Positions 1 through 11,471 of a stretch of 64,000 nucleotides of DNA are shown here, piece after piece. Every line of letters begins with the position of its first letter. The first letter of the stretch is position 1. A program made the translations under genes and the position numbers. Below the pieces are notes generated by a model, which saw nothing but the letters and a program-made list of their open reading frames with translations, was not told where the DNA came from and did not search any database. This DNA comes from an uncultured Solirubrobacterales bacterium (GTDB taxonomy: Bacteria > Actinomycetota > Thermoleophilia > Solirubrobacterales > JBBDJG01), in assembly GCA_963768885.1 (NCBI GenBank), contig CAVYJN010000014.1, forward strand, positions 129,997 through 193,996, in the 5' to 3' direction.

Positions 1-74
1 GGCAAGGCCGCCTCGGCGGCCGCCGGGACCAGCAGCGCCGGCGATCAGCACGAGAGCAGGCTCCCCCTTGCCAT
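1..74 (-). CDS. Possible 5' end of an exported protein running off the window edge (frameshifted)
   Basis: ATG at 74 on the minus strand; signal-peptide-like ALLVPAAAEAAL only in a shifted frame. Confidence 0.25.
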
Positions 75-130
75 GAGCGCACCCTAACCTCGGCACGGGC
101 CTCCGCCAATACCCAACTATCCTTACGCGC

Positions 131-1786
131 ATGGCCAAGGCCCCACCGAGACCCGGCGCCGTCGACTCCTCGCATCCCGGCATCGCCCCGGACGTCGGCC
201 CCGACGACCCGCGGCGCTTCACGGACTCCGGGATCGAGATCAAGACGGTCTACGAGCCCGAGGACGTCGCCGACCTCGACCTCGAGGAGCGGCTCGGCGA
301 GCCGGGCGAGTACCCCTTCACGCGCGGCGTCCATCCGGAGATGTACCGCTCGCGGCGCTGGACGATGCGCCAGTACGCCGGGTACGCGACGGCGCAGGAG
401 ACCAACATCCGCTACCGCTACCTGCTCGAGAAGGGCTCGACCGGCCTCTCGATGGCGTTCGACCTGCCGACCCAGCTCGGGCGCGACTCCGACGACCCGC
501 TGTGCCTGGGCGAGGTCGGGCGCACCGGCGTCGCGATCGACTCGATCGACGACATGCGCACGGCGTTCGACCAGATCCCGCTGGACCAGGTCTCGACGTC
601 GATGACGATCAACGCCCCCGCCGCGATCCTGCTCCTTCTATATGAGCTGGTCGGCGAGGAGCAGGGCGTGCCGTCCGAGCAGCTGCGCGGCACGGTCCAG
701 AACGACATCCTCAAGGAGTACGCGGCGCGCGGGAACTTCATCTACCCGCCCGAGGGCGCGATGCGCCTCACGACCGACATCTTCGCCTACTGCCACAAGC
801 ACGTCCCGAAGTGGAACACGATCTCGATCTCCGGCTACCACATGCGCGAGAAGGGCTGCTCGGCGGTGCAGGAGGTCGCGTTCACGCTCTCCAACGCGAT
901 CGCCTACGTGCAGGCCGCGATCGACGCCGGCCTCGAGGTCGACGAGTTCGCCCCGCAGCTCGCGTTCTTCTTCAACGGGCACAACAACGTCTTCCAGGAG
1001 ATCGCGAAGTTCCGTGCGGTGCGCCGCATGTGGGCGGAGATCATGCGCGACCGCTTCGGCGCGAAGAACGCGCGCTCGCAGATGATGCGCTTCCACACGC
1101 AGACCGGCGGCTCCACGCTGACCGCGCAGCAGCCCGAGAACAACATCGTGCGGGTCGCGCTGCAGGGCTTCGCCGCCGTGTGCGGCGGCACGCAGTCGCT
1201 GCACACCAACGGGTTCGACGAGGCACTGGGCCTGCCCACGGAGCGCTCCGCCAAGATCGCGCTGCGCACGCAGCAGGTGATCGCGCACGAGTCGGGCGCG
1301 GCCGACACGGTCGACCCGTTCGCCGGCTCCTACTACGTCGAGCGCCTCACCGCCGACATCGAGGACCAGGCCCGCGCGCTGATGCAGCGCGTCGAGGAGC
1401 TGGGCGGATCGGTCCACGCGATCGAGGCGGGCTTCCTCCAGAAGGAGATCGAGGAGGCCGCGTGGGCCTTCCACACGCGCATCAAGACCGGCCAGGACGT
1501 GCTCGTGGGCGTCAACGACTACGTCGAGGAGGACGGCCAGCTCGACGTCGAGATCCTGAAGATCGACCCCCGCACCGAGCAGGAGCAGGTCGACCGGCTC
1601 ACCCGCTTCAAGAACCAACGCGACCAAGAGGCGGTCGCGCAGCGGCTACAGGATTTGCGCGAAGTGGCTCAGGGCGACGGCAATTTGCTCTACCCGATCA
1701 AGGACGCCCTCCGCGAGCGGGCCACGATCGGCGAGGTCTGCAACGTGATGCGCGAGGTCTTCGGCGAGTACAAGCCCCCCGTTTGA
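131..1786 (+). CDS. Methylmalonyl-CoA mutase family, large/catalytic (N-terminal domain) subunit
   Basis: PGEYPFTRG, WTMRQYAG, GLSMAFDLPTQ, QNDILKEY, SISGYHMRE, SLHTNGFDEAL motifs; no cobalamin-binding domain. Confidence 0.95.
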   Translation: MAKAPPRPGAVDSSHPGIAPDVGPDDPRRFTDSGIEIKTVYEPEDVADLDLEERLGEPGEYPFTRGVHPEMYRSRRWTMRQYAGYATAQETNIRYRYLLEKGSTGLSMAFDLPTQLGRDSDDPLCLGEVGRTGVAIDSIDDMRTAFDQIPLDQVSTSMTINAPAAILLLLYELVGEEQGVPSEQLRGTVQNDILKEYAARGNFIYPPEGAMRLTTDIFAYCHKHVPKWNTISISGYHMREKGCSAVQEVAFTLSNAIAYVQAAIDAGLEVDEFAPQLAFFFNGHNNVFQEIAKFRAVRRMWAEIMRDRFGAKNARSQMMRFHTQTGGSTLTAQQPENNIVRVALQGFAAVCGGTQSLHTNGFDEALGLPTERSAKIALRTQQVIAHESGAADTVDPFAGSYYVERLTADIEDQARALMQRVEELGGSVHAIEAGFLQKEIEEAAWAFHTRIKTGQDVLVGVNDYVEEDGQLDVEILKIDPRTEQEQVDRLTRFKNQRDQEAVAQRLQDLREVAQGDGNLLYPIKDALRERATIGEVCNVMREVFGEYKPPV

Positions 1787-1793
1787 TGCGCGC

Positions 1794-2562
1794 ATGGCGC
1801 TGAAGCTCTATTCCATACCCGGGTCGCACCCAGCCGCGGCGGCGCGCGCGATGCTCGAGCACAAGGGCATCGCCTACCAGCGGGTCGACATGCCGCCGGT
1901 GGCGAGCCGGGTGCTGATGCGGGCGGCAGGCTTCTCGGGAAACCGGGTGCCGGCGCTCAAGTTCGACGACGGGCGCCGGGTCCAGGGCTCGCGCGACATC
2001 TCGCGTGAGCTCGACGCGCTGAAGCCCGATCCGCCGCTGTTCCCATCGGATCCCGATCGCCGGGCCGCCGTCGAGGAGGCCGAGCGCTGGGGCGACGAGG
2101 TGCTGCAGCAGATGCCGCGCACGATCAGCTGGTGGGCGCTGAAGCGGCACAAGTCCGACCAGGTGAGCTTCCTCGAGGGGGCCGGGCCGGGCGCGCGGTT
2201 CGGCATGCCCCCGCGGGTGGCGGCCGCAACCTCGGGCCCGATCCTGCGCGTCGCGATCCGGATGAACGACTCCACCGACGAGACCGTGCGCCGCACGCTC
2301 GCGGACCTCGGTCCGGCCCTCGACAGGGTCGACCGCCTGATGGAGGAGGGCGTGCTCGGGGGCGAGGATCCCGAACGCGGCCGACTTCCAGATCGGCGCG
2401 AGCATCGCCCTGCTCATGACCTTCGAGGACGTGCGGGCACGGATCGAGTCGCGTCCGGCCGCCGATCTCGCCCGGCGCCTGTATCCCTGGTACCCGGGCA
2501 ACGTGCAGCCCTCCTTCCCGCCCGAGTGGCTCGAGCCGCTGCACCCGGCCGCTCCCGCTTAA
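1794..2562 (+). CDS. Glutathione S-transferase family protein (frameshift near 2370)
   Basis: KLYSIPGSHP...VPAL...GSRDI N-domain; continues in another frame as PNAADFQIGASIALL... to TAA at 2560-2562. Confidence 0.8.
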
Positions 2563-2609
2563 CAACTTTCGCGGCAGGAATTCGGGACCCGGCGGCAAAC
2601 TCGCGGTTG

Positions 2610-2930
2610 ATGGCACCGATCGAGGTCGAGCGCACCCTGGTGAAGTCACCGCCCGAGCTGTGGGAGGAGATCGGGACCGCGGACGCCCTCGGCCGCTGGC
2701 TCGGCGACGTGCGCGTGGAGTCGGCCGAGCCGCCCGGCCGGCTCGAGTGGGCGCGGTCGGACTCTGCCGGCGTGATCGAGCTCGAGGCCTCGGGCTGGGG
2801 CACGCGGGTCCGCGTCGTCGCGAAGGCGAAGGGCGTGCCCTGGGAGCGCGGCCACGCGAAACGCGACGTGGAGAGCGCGCTCGCGGAGCTGCTCGACGCC
2901 CTCGGCGCCAGCTCGCTGCAGGCCGGCTGA
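2610..2930 (+). CDS. Small SRPBCC/START-like protein
   Basis: MAPIEVERTLVKSPPELWEEI...PPGRLEW...GWGTRVRV; artificially fused to the GST in the ORF track. Confidence 0.6.
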   Translation: MAPIEVERTLVKSPPELWEEIGTADALGRWLGDVRVESAEPPGRLEWARSDSAGVIELEASGWGTRVRVVAKAKGVPWERGHAKRDVESALAELLDALGASSLQAG

Positions 2931-2933
2931 GCC

Positions 2934-3626
2934 CTAACCCGCCTTGCAGGGCGTGTTGGACGCGAGCCGCTGCGAGGAGCCGTCCCTGTAGGTGAAGATC
3001 GTCGCGGTCGTCCAGACGCCGCTCGGCGGACAGGTCGTGGGCGTCCGCAGGTAGGCCCGCCGCTTCCCTTTGTACCTGCGGTAGTGGCGCGGGATGTGCG
3101 CCTCGAACCTCGTCAGCGCCACCCCGCCGGGGATCTTGAGGTTGACCGCGACCGAGCCGCCCCGCACGTCGTCGCGGAAGTACGTGATCAACCGGCCGTC
3201 GTCGACGAGCCTGACGACCACGATGATCTGGCGGCGGCCGTTGAACAGGGTGGCGATGGTGTTGAAGGGATTGCCCGTCACGATCAGGCCCTGGCCCTTC
3301 ACCGTCCCGATCCTGCTCGAGCGCGGGCACGCGCGCACCGAGAGGTTCGCGATGTCCTCGTCCGATGCCCGGCAGCGCGGCAGCGCGGACGTGTCGAACT
3401 TCGTGCCGGGGCTTCCCACGAACTCCATCTTCGTGACTCCCTTCGGCACGCCGTTGACCCCGCCCGGATCGCTCCACGCGGCGTTCACGTCGACGCCGGA
3501 CGGCGAGCCGGGCGTCGCCGAGGAGAACGTCACCGCGACCGTGGAGGAGAACTGGGGGCTGGCGATCGCGGTGGCACTCGTCGCTGCCAGCAAGGCGCCG
3601 GCCACCAAGGCCGGCAGCCGCTTCAC
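2934..3626 (-). CDS. Hypothetical secreted protein
   Basis: GTG start overlapping the upstream stop; signal peptide [22 protein letters not shown]; beta-rich, 4 Cys. Confidence 0.7.
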   Translation of the reverse strand: MKRLPALVAGALLAATSATAIASPQFSSTVAVTFSSATPGSPSGVDVNAAWSDPGGVNGVPKGVTKMEFVGSPGTKFDTSALPRCRASDEDIANLSVRACPRSSRIGTVKGQGLIVTGNPFNTIATLFNGRRQIIVVVRLVDDGRLITYFRDDVRGGSVAVNLKIPGGVALTRFEAHIPRHYRRYKGKRRAYLRTPTTCPPSGVWTTATIFTYRDGSSQRLASNTPCKAG

Positions 3627-4348
3627 GGGATGAACACGCCCTGCGTCAGGAACGTCTGGGCGCCGTCGCCGGTGGTCGCGTCGCCGTCCGCGCCGCCGTC
3701 CAGCACACGCACATGCCCAAGCTCGAGCAGCATGCGCTTGGTGTCCTTCGCGACTCCCGGGTACAAGAACTCGAGATAAGTGAAGTTGTTGCACGTGGCA
3801 CCCACGGCGGGGTCCGAGGTGGCCACGCAGCCGACCGGGGCGCTGATCTCGATGTCCTGCATGGTGGCCGGATCGGTTCCGCCGCCCGGCGCAATCGCGT
3901 TGAAGTGGTCGGTCAAACGCACGCCGATCCGCACTTCGAGCTGGCCGGCGTAATCGGCGCCGGGAGCGGCACACCCGCCGCTCGCCGCCACACAGCGCAC
4001 GTCGGTGATCGACGTGGTCATGGGAGCGCCGGAATCGTCCGGCGGGCCGGGCGCGCCGACATGGACGCTCATGTAGAAGCTGCCGATCATGTTCGCGGGC
4101 GCTACGGGCGGGTTGCCGATGGTGAGGCGAGTGGTGACCTGCTGGGGCGACGAGCAGGACGGGAAAGCGAGCGGCGGGCCGTGCGTGCGGTCCGGCGCCG
4201 TGCAAGGCTGGTAGGCCGGAACCAACGAGGCGCGCAAAGGAGTTGCGCCCTTGGGGCGCGGGTGTGTCGCGGCCGCCTGGGATACGAAGAGCAGCGTCGC
4301 GATTGCGGCGAGGGCCATTCCCAACTTCGCGGCCACCCCTGTTCCCAT
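3623..4348 (-). CDS. Hypothetical secreted Cys-containing protein
   Basis: Signal peptide ending SQAAA; [21 protein letters not shown]...; 6 Cys; ends FLTQGVFIP. Confidence 0.7.
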   Translation of the reverse strand: MGTGVAAKLGMALAAIATLLFVSQAAATHPRPKGATPLRASLVPAYQPCTAPDRTHGPPLAFPSCSSPQQVTTRLTIGNPPVAPANMIGSFYMSVHVGAPGPPDDSGAPMTTSITDVRCVAASGGCAAPGADYAGQLEVRIGVRLTDHFNAIAPGGGTDPATMQDIEISAPVGCVATSDPAVGATCNNFTYLEFLYPGVAKDTKRMLLELGHVRVLDGGADGDATTGDGAQTFLTQGVFIP

Positions 4349-4412
4349 GCCGGGTACGAGCTTACTCCCCGGTGGGTCGGAGTCAACGTGGGTTGTACGA
4401 TTCCGGCCCCCG

Positions 4413-5981
<1,569 letters not shown>

Positions 5982-5989
5982 AGAGAGGG

Positions 5990-6029
5990 CCGTCATTTCC
6001 TTAGGCGGAAATGACGGGAGCTCCGGGGG
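5990..6029. repeat. REP-like palindromic element, copy 1
   Basis: CCGTCATTTCC-TTAGGC-GGAAATGACGG followed by GAGCTCCGGGGG; related copy at 18740. Confidence 0.6.
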
Positions 6030-6068
6030 TTCGGCCGCGTCGACAGGCCGGCGAGACATAATGGTCTC

Positions 6069-6716
6069 GTGGCCAAGTCGCCCCCCAAGCCGGCCAAGCG
6101 CCAGCGCCTGCGCCCGGAGGTCCGCCGCGAGCGCCTGGTGGAGGCCGCCACGCAGGTCTTCGCCGAGCGTGGCTACGAGGGCGCGCGCGTCGAGCAGATC
6201 GCCGAGGCTGCGGACGTCTCGCCCGGTCTTCTGTACCGGCACTTCGAGGGCAAGCAGGAGCTCTACACGGAGATCCTGAACCACGCGAACCGCGAGCTGC
6301 TCGCGCATCTCACGCAGGCGGCCGCCCCCGACCAGGCGACCGACGAGCGGGTGCGCCGCGGCCTCGACGCCTTCTTCACCTTCGTCGAGAACCACCGCGA
6401 GCTGTGGCAGATGCTCATGAAGGACGTGCTCGAGCCGGAGATCGCCGAGATCCAGGCCGGGGTGATGGACCGCTCGGTGAAGATCATCGCCGCGCTCGCG
6501 GCGCAGGACTACGACCGCGGCGAGGGCGAGCTTCCCCACGGGGTCGAGCTCGAAGGCGTGGCCGTCGCGATGGTCGGTGCGGCGATCTCGCTCTCGACGT
6601 GGTGGAACGACCATCCCGACCTGCCCCGCGCGATGATCGTCGCCCTCGCGATGGAGGTCCTGTGGGTGGGGCTCGAGCGGGCGCGCGCCGGTGAGCGCTA
6701 CGACGGCAGCGGGTAG
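6069..6716 (+). CDS. TetR/AcrR family transcriptional regulator
   Basis: N-terminal HTH AATQVFAERGYEGARVEQIAEAADVSPGLLYRHF. Confidence 0.92.
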   Translation: MAKSPPKPAKRQRLRPEVRRERLVEAATQVFAERGYEGARVEQIAEAADVSPGLLYRHFEGKQELYTEILNHANRELLAHLTQAAAPDQATDERVRRGLDAFFTFVENHRELWQMLMKDVLEPEIAEIQAGVMDRSVKIIAALAAQDYDRGEGELPHGVELEGVAVAMVGAAISLSTWWNDHPDLPRAMIVALAMEVLWVGLERARAGERYDGSG

Positions 6717-6762
6717 GACCAGGCCGACCTCACGTTCCGCGCGGCCGCAGCGTTCAACGACT

Positions 6763-7227
6763 GTGGCTCCGCCTCCATTCCAGGCGTTCCTGGACGAGCA
6801 TCGCGAGCACGTCTACCGGTTCCTCGTGGCCTGCGTGGGCCGGCAGGACGCCGACGACTGCTTCCAGGAGACGTTCATCTCGGCGATGCGCGCGTATCCG
6901 CGTCTGCGCAACGGGTCGAACCTGCGCTCCTGGGTGCTCACGATCGCGCATCGCAAGGCGATGGACAACCACCGCGCCCGCAGCCGCCGGCCGGTCCCGA
7001 TGGACGCCCTGCCCGAGCAGGCGAGCATCGACGGCGCCGCGCACGACGAGGAGCTGTGGGCTGAAGTGCGCAAGCTCCCGGCAAAGCAGCGTGCCGCTGT
7101 GGTGCTGCGCTTTGCGAGCGACCTCCCGCACGACCAGATCGGGCGGATCATCGGATGCTCCGACGAGGCCGCGCGCAGGAACGTCCACGAGGGACTGAAC
7201 AAGCTGAGGTCGACATGGGATCGCTGA
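6763..7227 (+). CDS. ECF RNA polymerase sigma factor
   Basis: DADDCFQETF, SWVLTIAHRK (region 2); LPAKQRAAVVLR...IGRIIGCS (region 4); start uncertain. Confidence 0.88.
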   Translation: MAPPPFQAFLDEHREHVYRFLVACVGRQDADDCFQETFISAMRAYPRLRNGSNLRSWVLTIAHRKAMDNHRARSRRPVPMDALPEQASIDGAAHDEELWAEVRKLPAKQRAAVVLRFASDLPHDQIGRIIGCSDEAARRNVHEGLNKLRSTWDR

Positions 7228-7964
7228 GCAGGCTGGAGCAAGCGCTGTCGAAGGCCGGGCGCGCCGACGTCGCAGCGCCGGCGGAGGCGGCCGCGGAGCA
7301 GCTCGCGGCGCGGGCCGCCGACCAGGGCCTGCTCGACGTGGCCTACACGACGCTCGAGACCCCGGTCGGCAAGGTGCTGGTCGCGGCCACGCGCCGCGGC
7401 CTCGTGCGGATCTCGTTCGGAGACGACTACGACCCCGACGCGGTGCTCGCCGAGCTGAGCCGGCGCGTGTCGCCCCGCGTCGTCGAGGCGCCCGGCTACT
7501 TCGACGCGGTGCGGCACGAGCTCGAGGAGTACTTCGAGGGGCGCCGGACGAGGTTCGGCCTGCCGCTCGACTGGCAGCTCACGGGCGGGTTCGGGAGGCG
7601 CGTGCTGCGCCGCACGGCGCAGATCCCCTACGGCGTGGTGTCGACCTACCGCGAGGTCGCCGGCGCGGCGGGGAGCCCGCGTGGCGCACGCGCGGCGGGC
7701 AACGCGCTCGGCTCCAACCCGATCCCGATCGTGGTGCCGTGCCACCGGGTGCTGCACTCCGGGGGCGGGCTCGGCGGCTACGGCGGCGGACTCGAGAACA
7801 AGGTCTTCCTCCTCAAGCTCGAGGGCGCGATCGGCGACGACGAGCCGGACCCGCCTAGAGCGTCAGAGTTTGGGCCCGCACCGCGCCCGCCCGTAGCGCC
7901 TCGAGCGCGCCCAGCGCGATCGCGAGGTCCTGGATCGCGAGGCCCGTCGAGTCGAAGAGGGTGA
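7215..7964 (+). CDS. ogt: Methylated-DNA-[protein]-cysteine S-methyltransferase
   Basis: IPYGVVSTY, NPIPIVVPCHRV active site, LLKLEG; the tail beyond ~7857 overlaps the convergent gene and may be a lost-stop artefact. Confidence 0.9.
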   Translation: MGSLSRLEQALSKAGRADVAAPAEAAAEQLAARAADQGLLDVAYTTLETPVGKVLVAATRRGLVRISFGDDYDPDAVLAELSRRVSPRVVEAPGYFDAVRHELEEYFEGRRTRFGLPLDWQLTGGFGRRVLRRTAQIPYGVVSTYREVAGAAGSPRGARAAGNALGSNPIPIVVPCHRVLHSGGGLGGYGGGLENKVFLLKLEGAIGDDEPDPPRASEFGPAPRPPVAPRARPARSRGPGSRGPSSRRG

Positions 7965-8814
7965 CCTCGTCGTCGGAGCCGCGCCCCTGGGCGAGCCCCG
8001 CGCACACCTCCCCCAGCTCGGTCACGTCCTCGCGGTGCACGATGCCCGCTGCGACGGCCCCGGTCAGCTCGCCGCCGTGGCTCGCCTGCTCCCACTCGTC
8101 GCAGAACAACCGGCCCTCGGACAGGACCCGCTCGACCGCCTGAACCGAGGCCTCGGCCTTGCCGGGACCGTCGGCGCCGAGCAGGTTCAGGTGCTGCCCG
8201 GCGCGCAGCGCGTCCGCGGGCACGAGGGTCTCGCCGCCTGGGGTCACGGTGCAGACGACCTCGCAGGCGAGCGCCTCCCGCAGGTCGCCGACCTCCCAGC
8301 CGAGCTCCGCGGCGACGCGGCCGGCGGCATCCGGGTCCGGGTCGAAGCAGATGCCCGGGCCGTACTCGGCGTCCGCCAGGCAGCGCCCGACCCACAGGCC
8401 GTGGAGGCCGCATCCGACGAGGCCGATCGTGTCCGCGTCCTCGCGCGCGAGCTCCTGCGTGGCGACGGCCGCGGCCGCACCGGTTCGCAGCGCGGTGACC
8501 GCCCGCGCGTCGAGCATCGCGAGCGGCTCCCCGTTGCCGGCGTCCGAGACGAGCACGATCCCCGTGACCGTCGGCAAGCCGCGGCGCGGGTTGCCCGGGA
8601 AGGAGGTGATCCACTTGAGGATCGCGAGGCCTTCACCGCGCACCGGCATCGCCCGGAAGTCGCCGTTCGGCGGGCTGGGCAGATACACCTTGGGCGGCAT
8701 CTGCCACTCGCCGCGCGCGAAGCTGACGAACCCGTCGCGGACACGCTCGATCGCCTCCTGCGGCGAGACCGCCGCCAACACGCCGTCGTGATCGAGTACG
8801 GGTATCGTGGCCAC
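7855..8814 (-). CDS. Ornithine cyclodeaminase / mu-crystallin family protein
   Basis: TALRTGAAAAVA, FDSTGLAIQDLA motifs. Confidence 0.9.
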   Translation of the reverse strand: MATIPVLDHDGVLAAVSPQEAIERVRDGFVSFARGEWQMPPKVYLPSPPNGDFRAMPVRGEGLAILKWITSFPGNPRRGLPTVTGIVLVSDAGNGEPLAMLDARAVTALRTGAAAAVATQELAREDADTIGLVGCGLHGLWVGRCLADAEYGPGICFDPDPDAAGRVAAELGWEVGDLREALACEVVCTVTPGGETLVPADALRAGQHLNLLGADGPGKAEASVQAVERVLSEGRLFCDEWEQASHGGELTGAVAAGIVHREDVTELGEVCAGLAQGRGSDDEVTLFDSTGLAIQDLAIALGALEALRAGAVRAQTLTL

Positions 8815-8823
8815 GCGAACAGC

Positions 8824-9063
8824 ATGACTGGCAACGGCAAAAGGCGCCCCCCGCGGCCGGCGATCGAGCTGATCGCCCCCGCCGCGAGTCCCCGGCAGGC
8901 CGCGGCGATCGCAGCTGCGCTCGAGCGGTTCCTGCACGACACGGCTCCGGTGATCGAGCCGCACGACGATGACGGTAGCCCGTGGGCGCGCGCCGCGATC
9001 GCCGAGGGCGTCGGGCTGGAGGCGCCGACGCCGTGGGGCGACGCCGAGCCCTGGGGTAGCTAG
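8824..9063 (+). CDS. Small protein, acyl-CoA carboxylase epsilon-subunit-like
   Basis: 79 aa; ASPRQAAAIAAAL helix then SPWARAA, the pattern of AccE/PccE subunits. Confidence 0.55.
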   Translation: MTGNGKRRPPRPAIELIAPAASPRQAAAIAAALERFLHDTAPVIEPHDDDGSPWARAAIAEGVGLEAPTPWGDAEPWGS

Positions 9064-9119
9064 ACGCCCGAAAGCGGATACAACTTCGCGATCACCCCCG
9101 AATACGGAGGAGGAGGAGC

Positions 9120-9326
9120 ATGGCGGCAGTCAAGATCATCGAGCTGATCGGCACCTCGAGCAAGAGCTCGGACGACGCGGTGCAGCAGGCGCTCGCCGAG
9201 GCGCGCAGCTCGCTTCGCAACATCAAGGCCGTGGACCTCGTGTCCACCGGCCTGCGCGGCGACAACCTCGACGAGTGGCGCGCGCACGTGCGGGTCGCCT
9301 TCCTGGTGGAGCGCGTCTCCGAGTAA
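9120..9326 (+). CDS. Dodecin family flavin-binding protein
   Basis: KIIELIGTSSKSSDDAVQQAL...SLRNI; strong GGAGGAGGAG RBS. Confidence 0.88.
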   Translation: MAAVKIIELIGTSSKSSDDAVQQALAEARSSLRNIKAVDLVSTGLRGDNLDEWRAHVRVAFLVERVSE

Positions 9327-9384
9327 CCGCTGCCCGTCTTTCAGCGAACCCGTCCGGCGGCCTGCCGACGGACGGTGCATTATT

Positions 9385-9417
9385 GAGAGGCCCGCGCTCC
9401 GGCGGGCCTCTCTTCTT
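9385..9417 (+). terminator. Intrinsic terminator after dodecin
   Basis: GAGAGGCCCGC / GCGGGCCTCTC stem followed by TTCTT. Confidence 0.7.
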
Positions 9418-9547
9418 GGCGCGCTCGAGGTCCTCTGCGGAGTGCCCGAAACATCCCCGGAATCCAAATAGGCCTAATTCCAGTCGGGATTGTGTTATTT
9501 TGTCGACTCCGGAGGGAATGCTCCGCCCGACCCCGAAAGGATCTGCG

Positions 9548-10261
9548 ATGCCCACAGCAACGAAGAACTGGACAGCCGAGGAGCTGGAACAGGTCGCCGC
9601 CGAGCTCGAGCCCCAAGGACCGGAGGCAACCCTGCGGTGGATGGTGGACCAGTTCCACCCCAGCCTCTACGTGGCGTGCTCTTTCCAGCAGGAGGAGTCG
9701 GTCCTCCTCGACATGCTGCACCGGATCGAGCCCGAGATCCGGGTCTTCTACCTCGACACCGACGTCCTGTTCGACGAGACCTACGAGACCCGTGACCGCT
9801 TCGTCGAGCGCTACGGCTTCAATTTCGAGCGCTACCACAACATCTCCCTCGAGGAGCAGGCGAAGCTGCACGGCGACGAATTGTGGGCGCGGGAGCCCAA
9901 CCAGTGCTGCGCGATCCGGAAGGTCGAGCCGCTCAAGCGGGCGCTCGGCTCCGTCGACGCCTGGATCACCGGCATTCGCCGCGACCAGGCCCCCACGCGG
10001 GCCAACTCGCGCAAGGTCGAGGTCGACGACAAGTTCGGCCTGATCAAGGCGAACCCGCTCGCCGACTGGTCGCTCAAGGACGTGTGGGCGTACATCCACG
10101 AGCACGATGTGCCCTACAACCCGCTGCACGACCAGAACTACCCCTCGATCGGCTGCACGCACTGCACCCGCCAGGTGATGCCCGGAGAGGACCCGCGCGC
10201 GGGTCGCTGGGCCGGCCAGGACAAGGTGGAGTGCGGACTGCACCCTTCAGAGTCGAAGTAG
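9548..10261 (+). CDS. cysH: APS/PAPS reductase
   Basis: [34 protein letters not shown]; the CC...CxxC pattern indicates the [4Fe-4S] APS-reductase type. Confidence 0.93.
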   Translation: MPTATKNWTAEELEQVAAELEPQGPEATLRWMVDQFHPSLYVACSFQQEESVLLDMLHRIEPEIRVFYLDTDVLFDETYETRDRFVERYGFNFERYHNISLEEQAKLHGDELWAREPNQCCAIRKVEPLKRALGSVDAWITGIRRDQAPTRANSRKVEVDDKFGLIKANPLADWSLKDVWAYIHEHDVPYNPLHDQNYPSIGCTHCTRQVMPGEDPRAGRWAGQDKVECGLHPSESK

Positions 10262-10277
10262 CCCCGGCGTCGCCGGC

Positions 10278-11444
10278 ATGATCGAGCCCCACGGAGGCGA
10301 GCTGGTGGACCTGCTCGCGCGCGCCGAGAAGCGCGACGAGCTGCTCAAGGAGGCAGGTTCGCTCGACTCCGTCTCGCTCACGCCGAGGCAGGCCGCCGAT
10401 CTCGAGTTGCTGGCGGTCGGCGGCTTCAGCCCGCTGCGGGGCTTCCAGGGCTCCGAGGACTGGCGGCGCGTCGTGGACGAGATGCGGCTCGCGAACGGGC
10501 TGCCCTGGAGCATCCCGGTCACGCTCGCGACCGATGGGGAGGCGTCCGAAGGCGACCGCCTCGCGCTGCACGGCGCGGGTGGCGTCCTGCTCGGCGTGAT
10601 CGACGTGGAGGAGGTGTTCGAGCGGGATCTCGAGCGCGAGGCGCGACACGTCTACCGCACCGACGACCGGGAGCACCCCGGGGTCGCAGCCGTCTACGCG
10701 GAGGGCACGCGCTGCATCGCCGGGCCGGTGCGCGCGATCGACCTTCCGGAGCACCCCGCGGCTTTCAAGCCCTACATCCTGCCGCCGGCGGCATCCAGGG
10801 CGGCGTTCAGCGAGCGCGGCTGGAAGACCGTGGTCGGCTTCCAGACCCGCAACCCGATCCACCGCGCGCACGAGTACATCACCAAGGCTGCGCTCGAGTC
10901 CGTCGACGGACTGTTCATCCACCCGCTGGTCGGGGAGACCAAGTCCGACGACATCCCCGCCGACGTGCGGATGCGCTGCTACGAGGCCCTGATCGACCAC
11001 TACTACGTGCCCGATCACGTGATGTTGGCGGTGAACCCGGCCGCGATGCGCTACGCCGGGCCGCGCGAGGCCATCTTCCACGCCCTGATCCGGAAGAACT
11101 ACGGCTGCACCCACTTCATCGTCGGGCGCGACCACGCCGGGGTCGGGAGCTACTACGGGACCTACGACGCGCAGGAGATCTTCTCCGAGTTCGACCCCCA
11201 GGAGCTGGGGATCGAGCCGATGATGTTCGAGCACTCGTTCTACTGCAAGCTGACCAAGGGCATGGCGACCAGCAAGACGAGCCCCGCGGGTCCCGACGAC
11301 CGGGTCTTCCTCTCGGGGACGAAGGTCCGCGAGATGCTCGCGGCCGGTGAGCGCCCTCCAGAAGAGTTCACAAGACCAGAAGTTGCCGACATACTTATCA
11401 GTGCGATGCGGGAGAGCGCCGAGGGGCAGAGCGTGTCGGCCTGA
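10278..11444 (+). CDS. sat: Sulfate adenylyltransferase (ATP sulfurylase)
   Basis: [32 protein letters not shown]. Confidence 0.96.
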   Translation: MIEPHGGELVDLLARAEKRDELLKEAGSLDSVSLTPRQAADLELLAVGGFSPLRGFQGSEDWRRVVDEMRLANGLPWSIPVTLATDGEASEGDRLALHGAGGVLLGVIDVEEVFERDLEREARHVYRTDDREHPGVAAVYAEGTRCIAGPVRAIDLPEHPAAFKPYILPPAASRAAFSERGWKTVVGFQTRNPIHRAHEYITKAALESVDGLFIHPLVGETKSDDIPADVRMRCYEALIDHYYVPDHVMLAVNPAAMRYAGPREAIFHALIRKNYGCTHFIVGRDHAGVGSYYGTYDAQEIFSEFDPQELGIEPMMFEHSFYCKLTKGMATSKTSPAGPDDRVFLSGTKVREMLAAGERPPEEFTRPEVADILISAMRESAEGQSVSA

Positions 11445-11471
11445 GCGCCGGCATCCGGGGGAAACACACAC

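Noticed and set aside
1794-2930. GST-SRPBCC fusion protein (378 aa in the ORF track)
   Set aside because: Produced by a frameshift near 2370; the GST C-domain continues in another frame to 2562.
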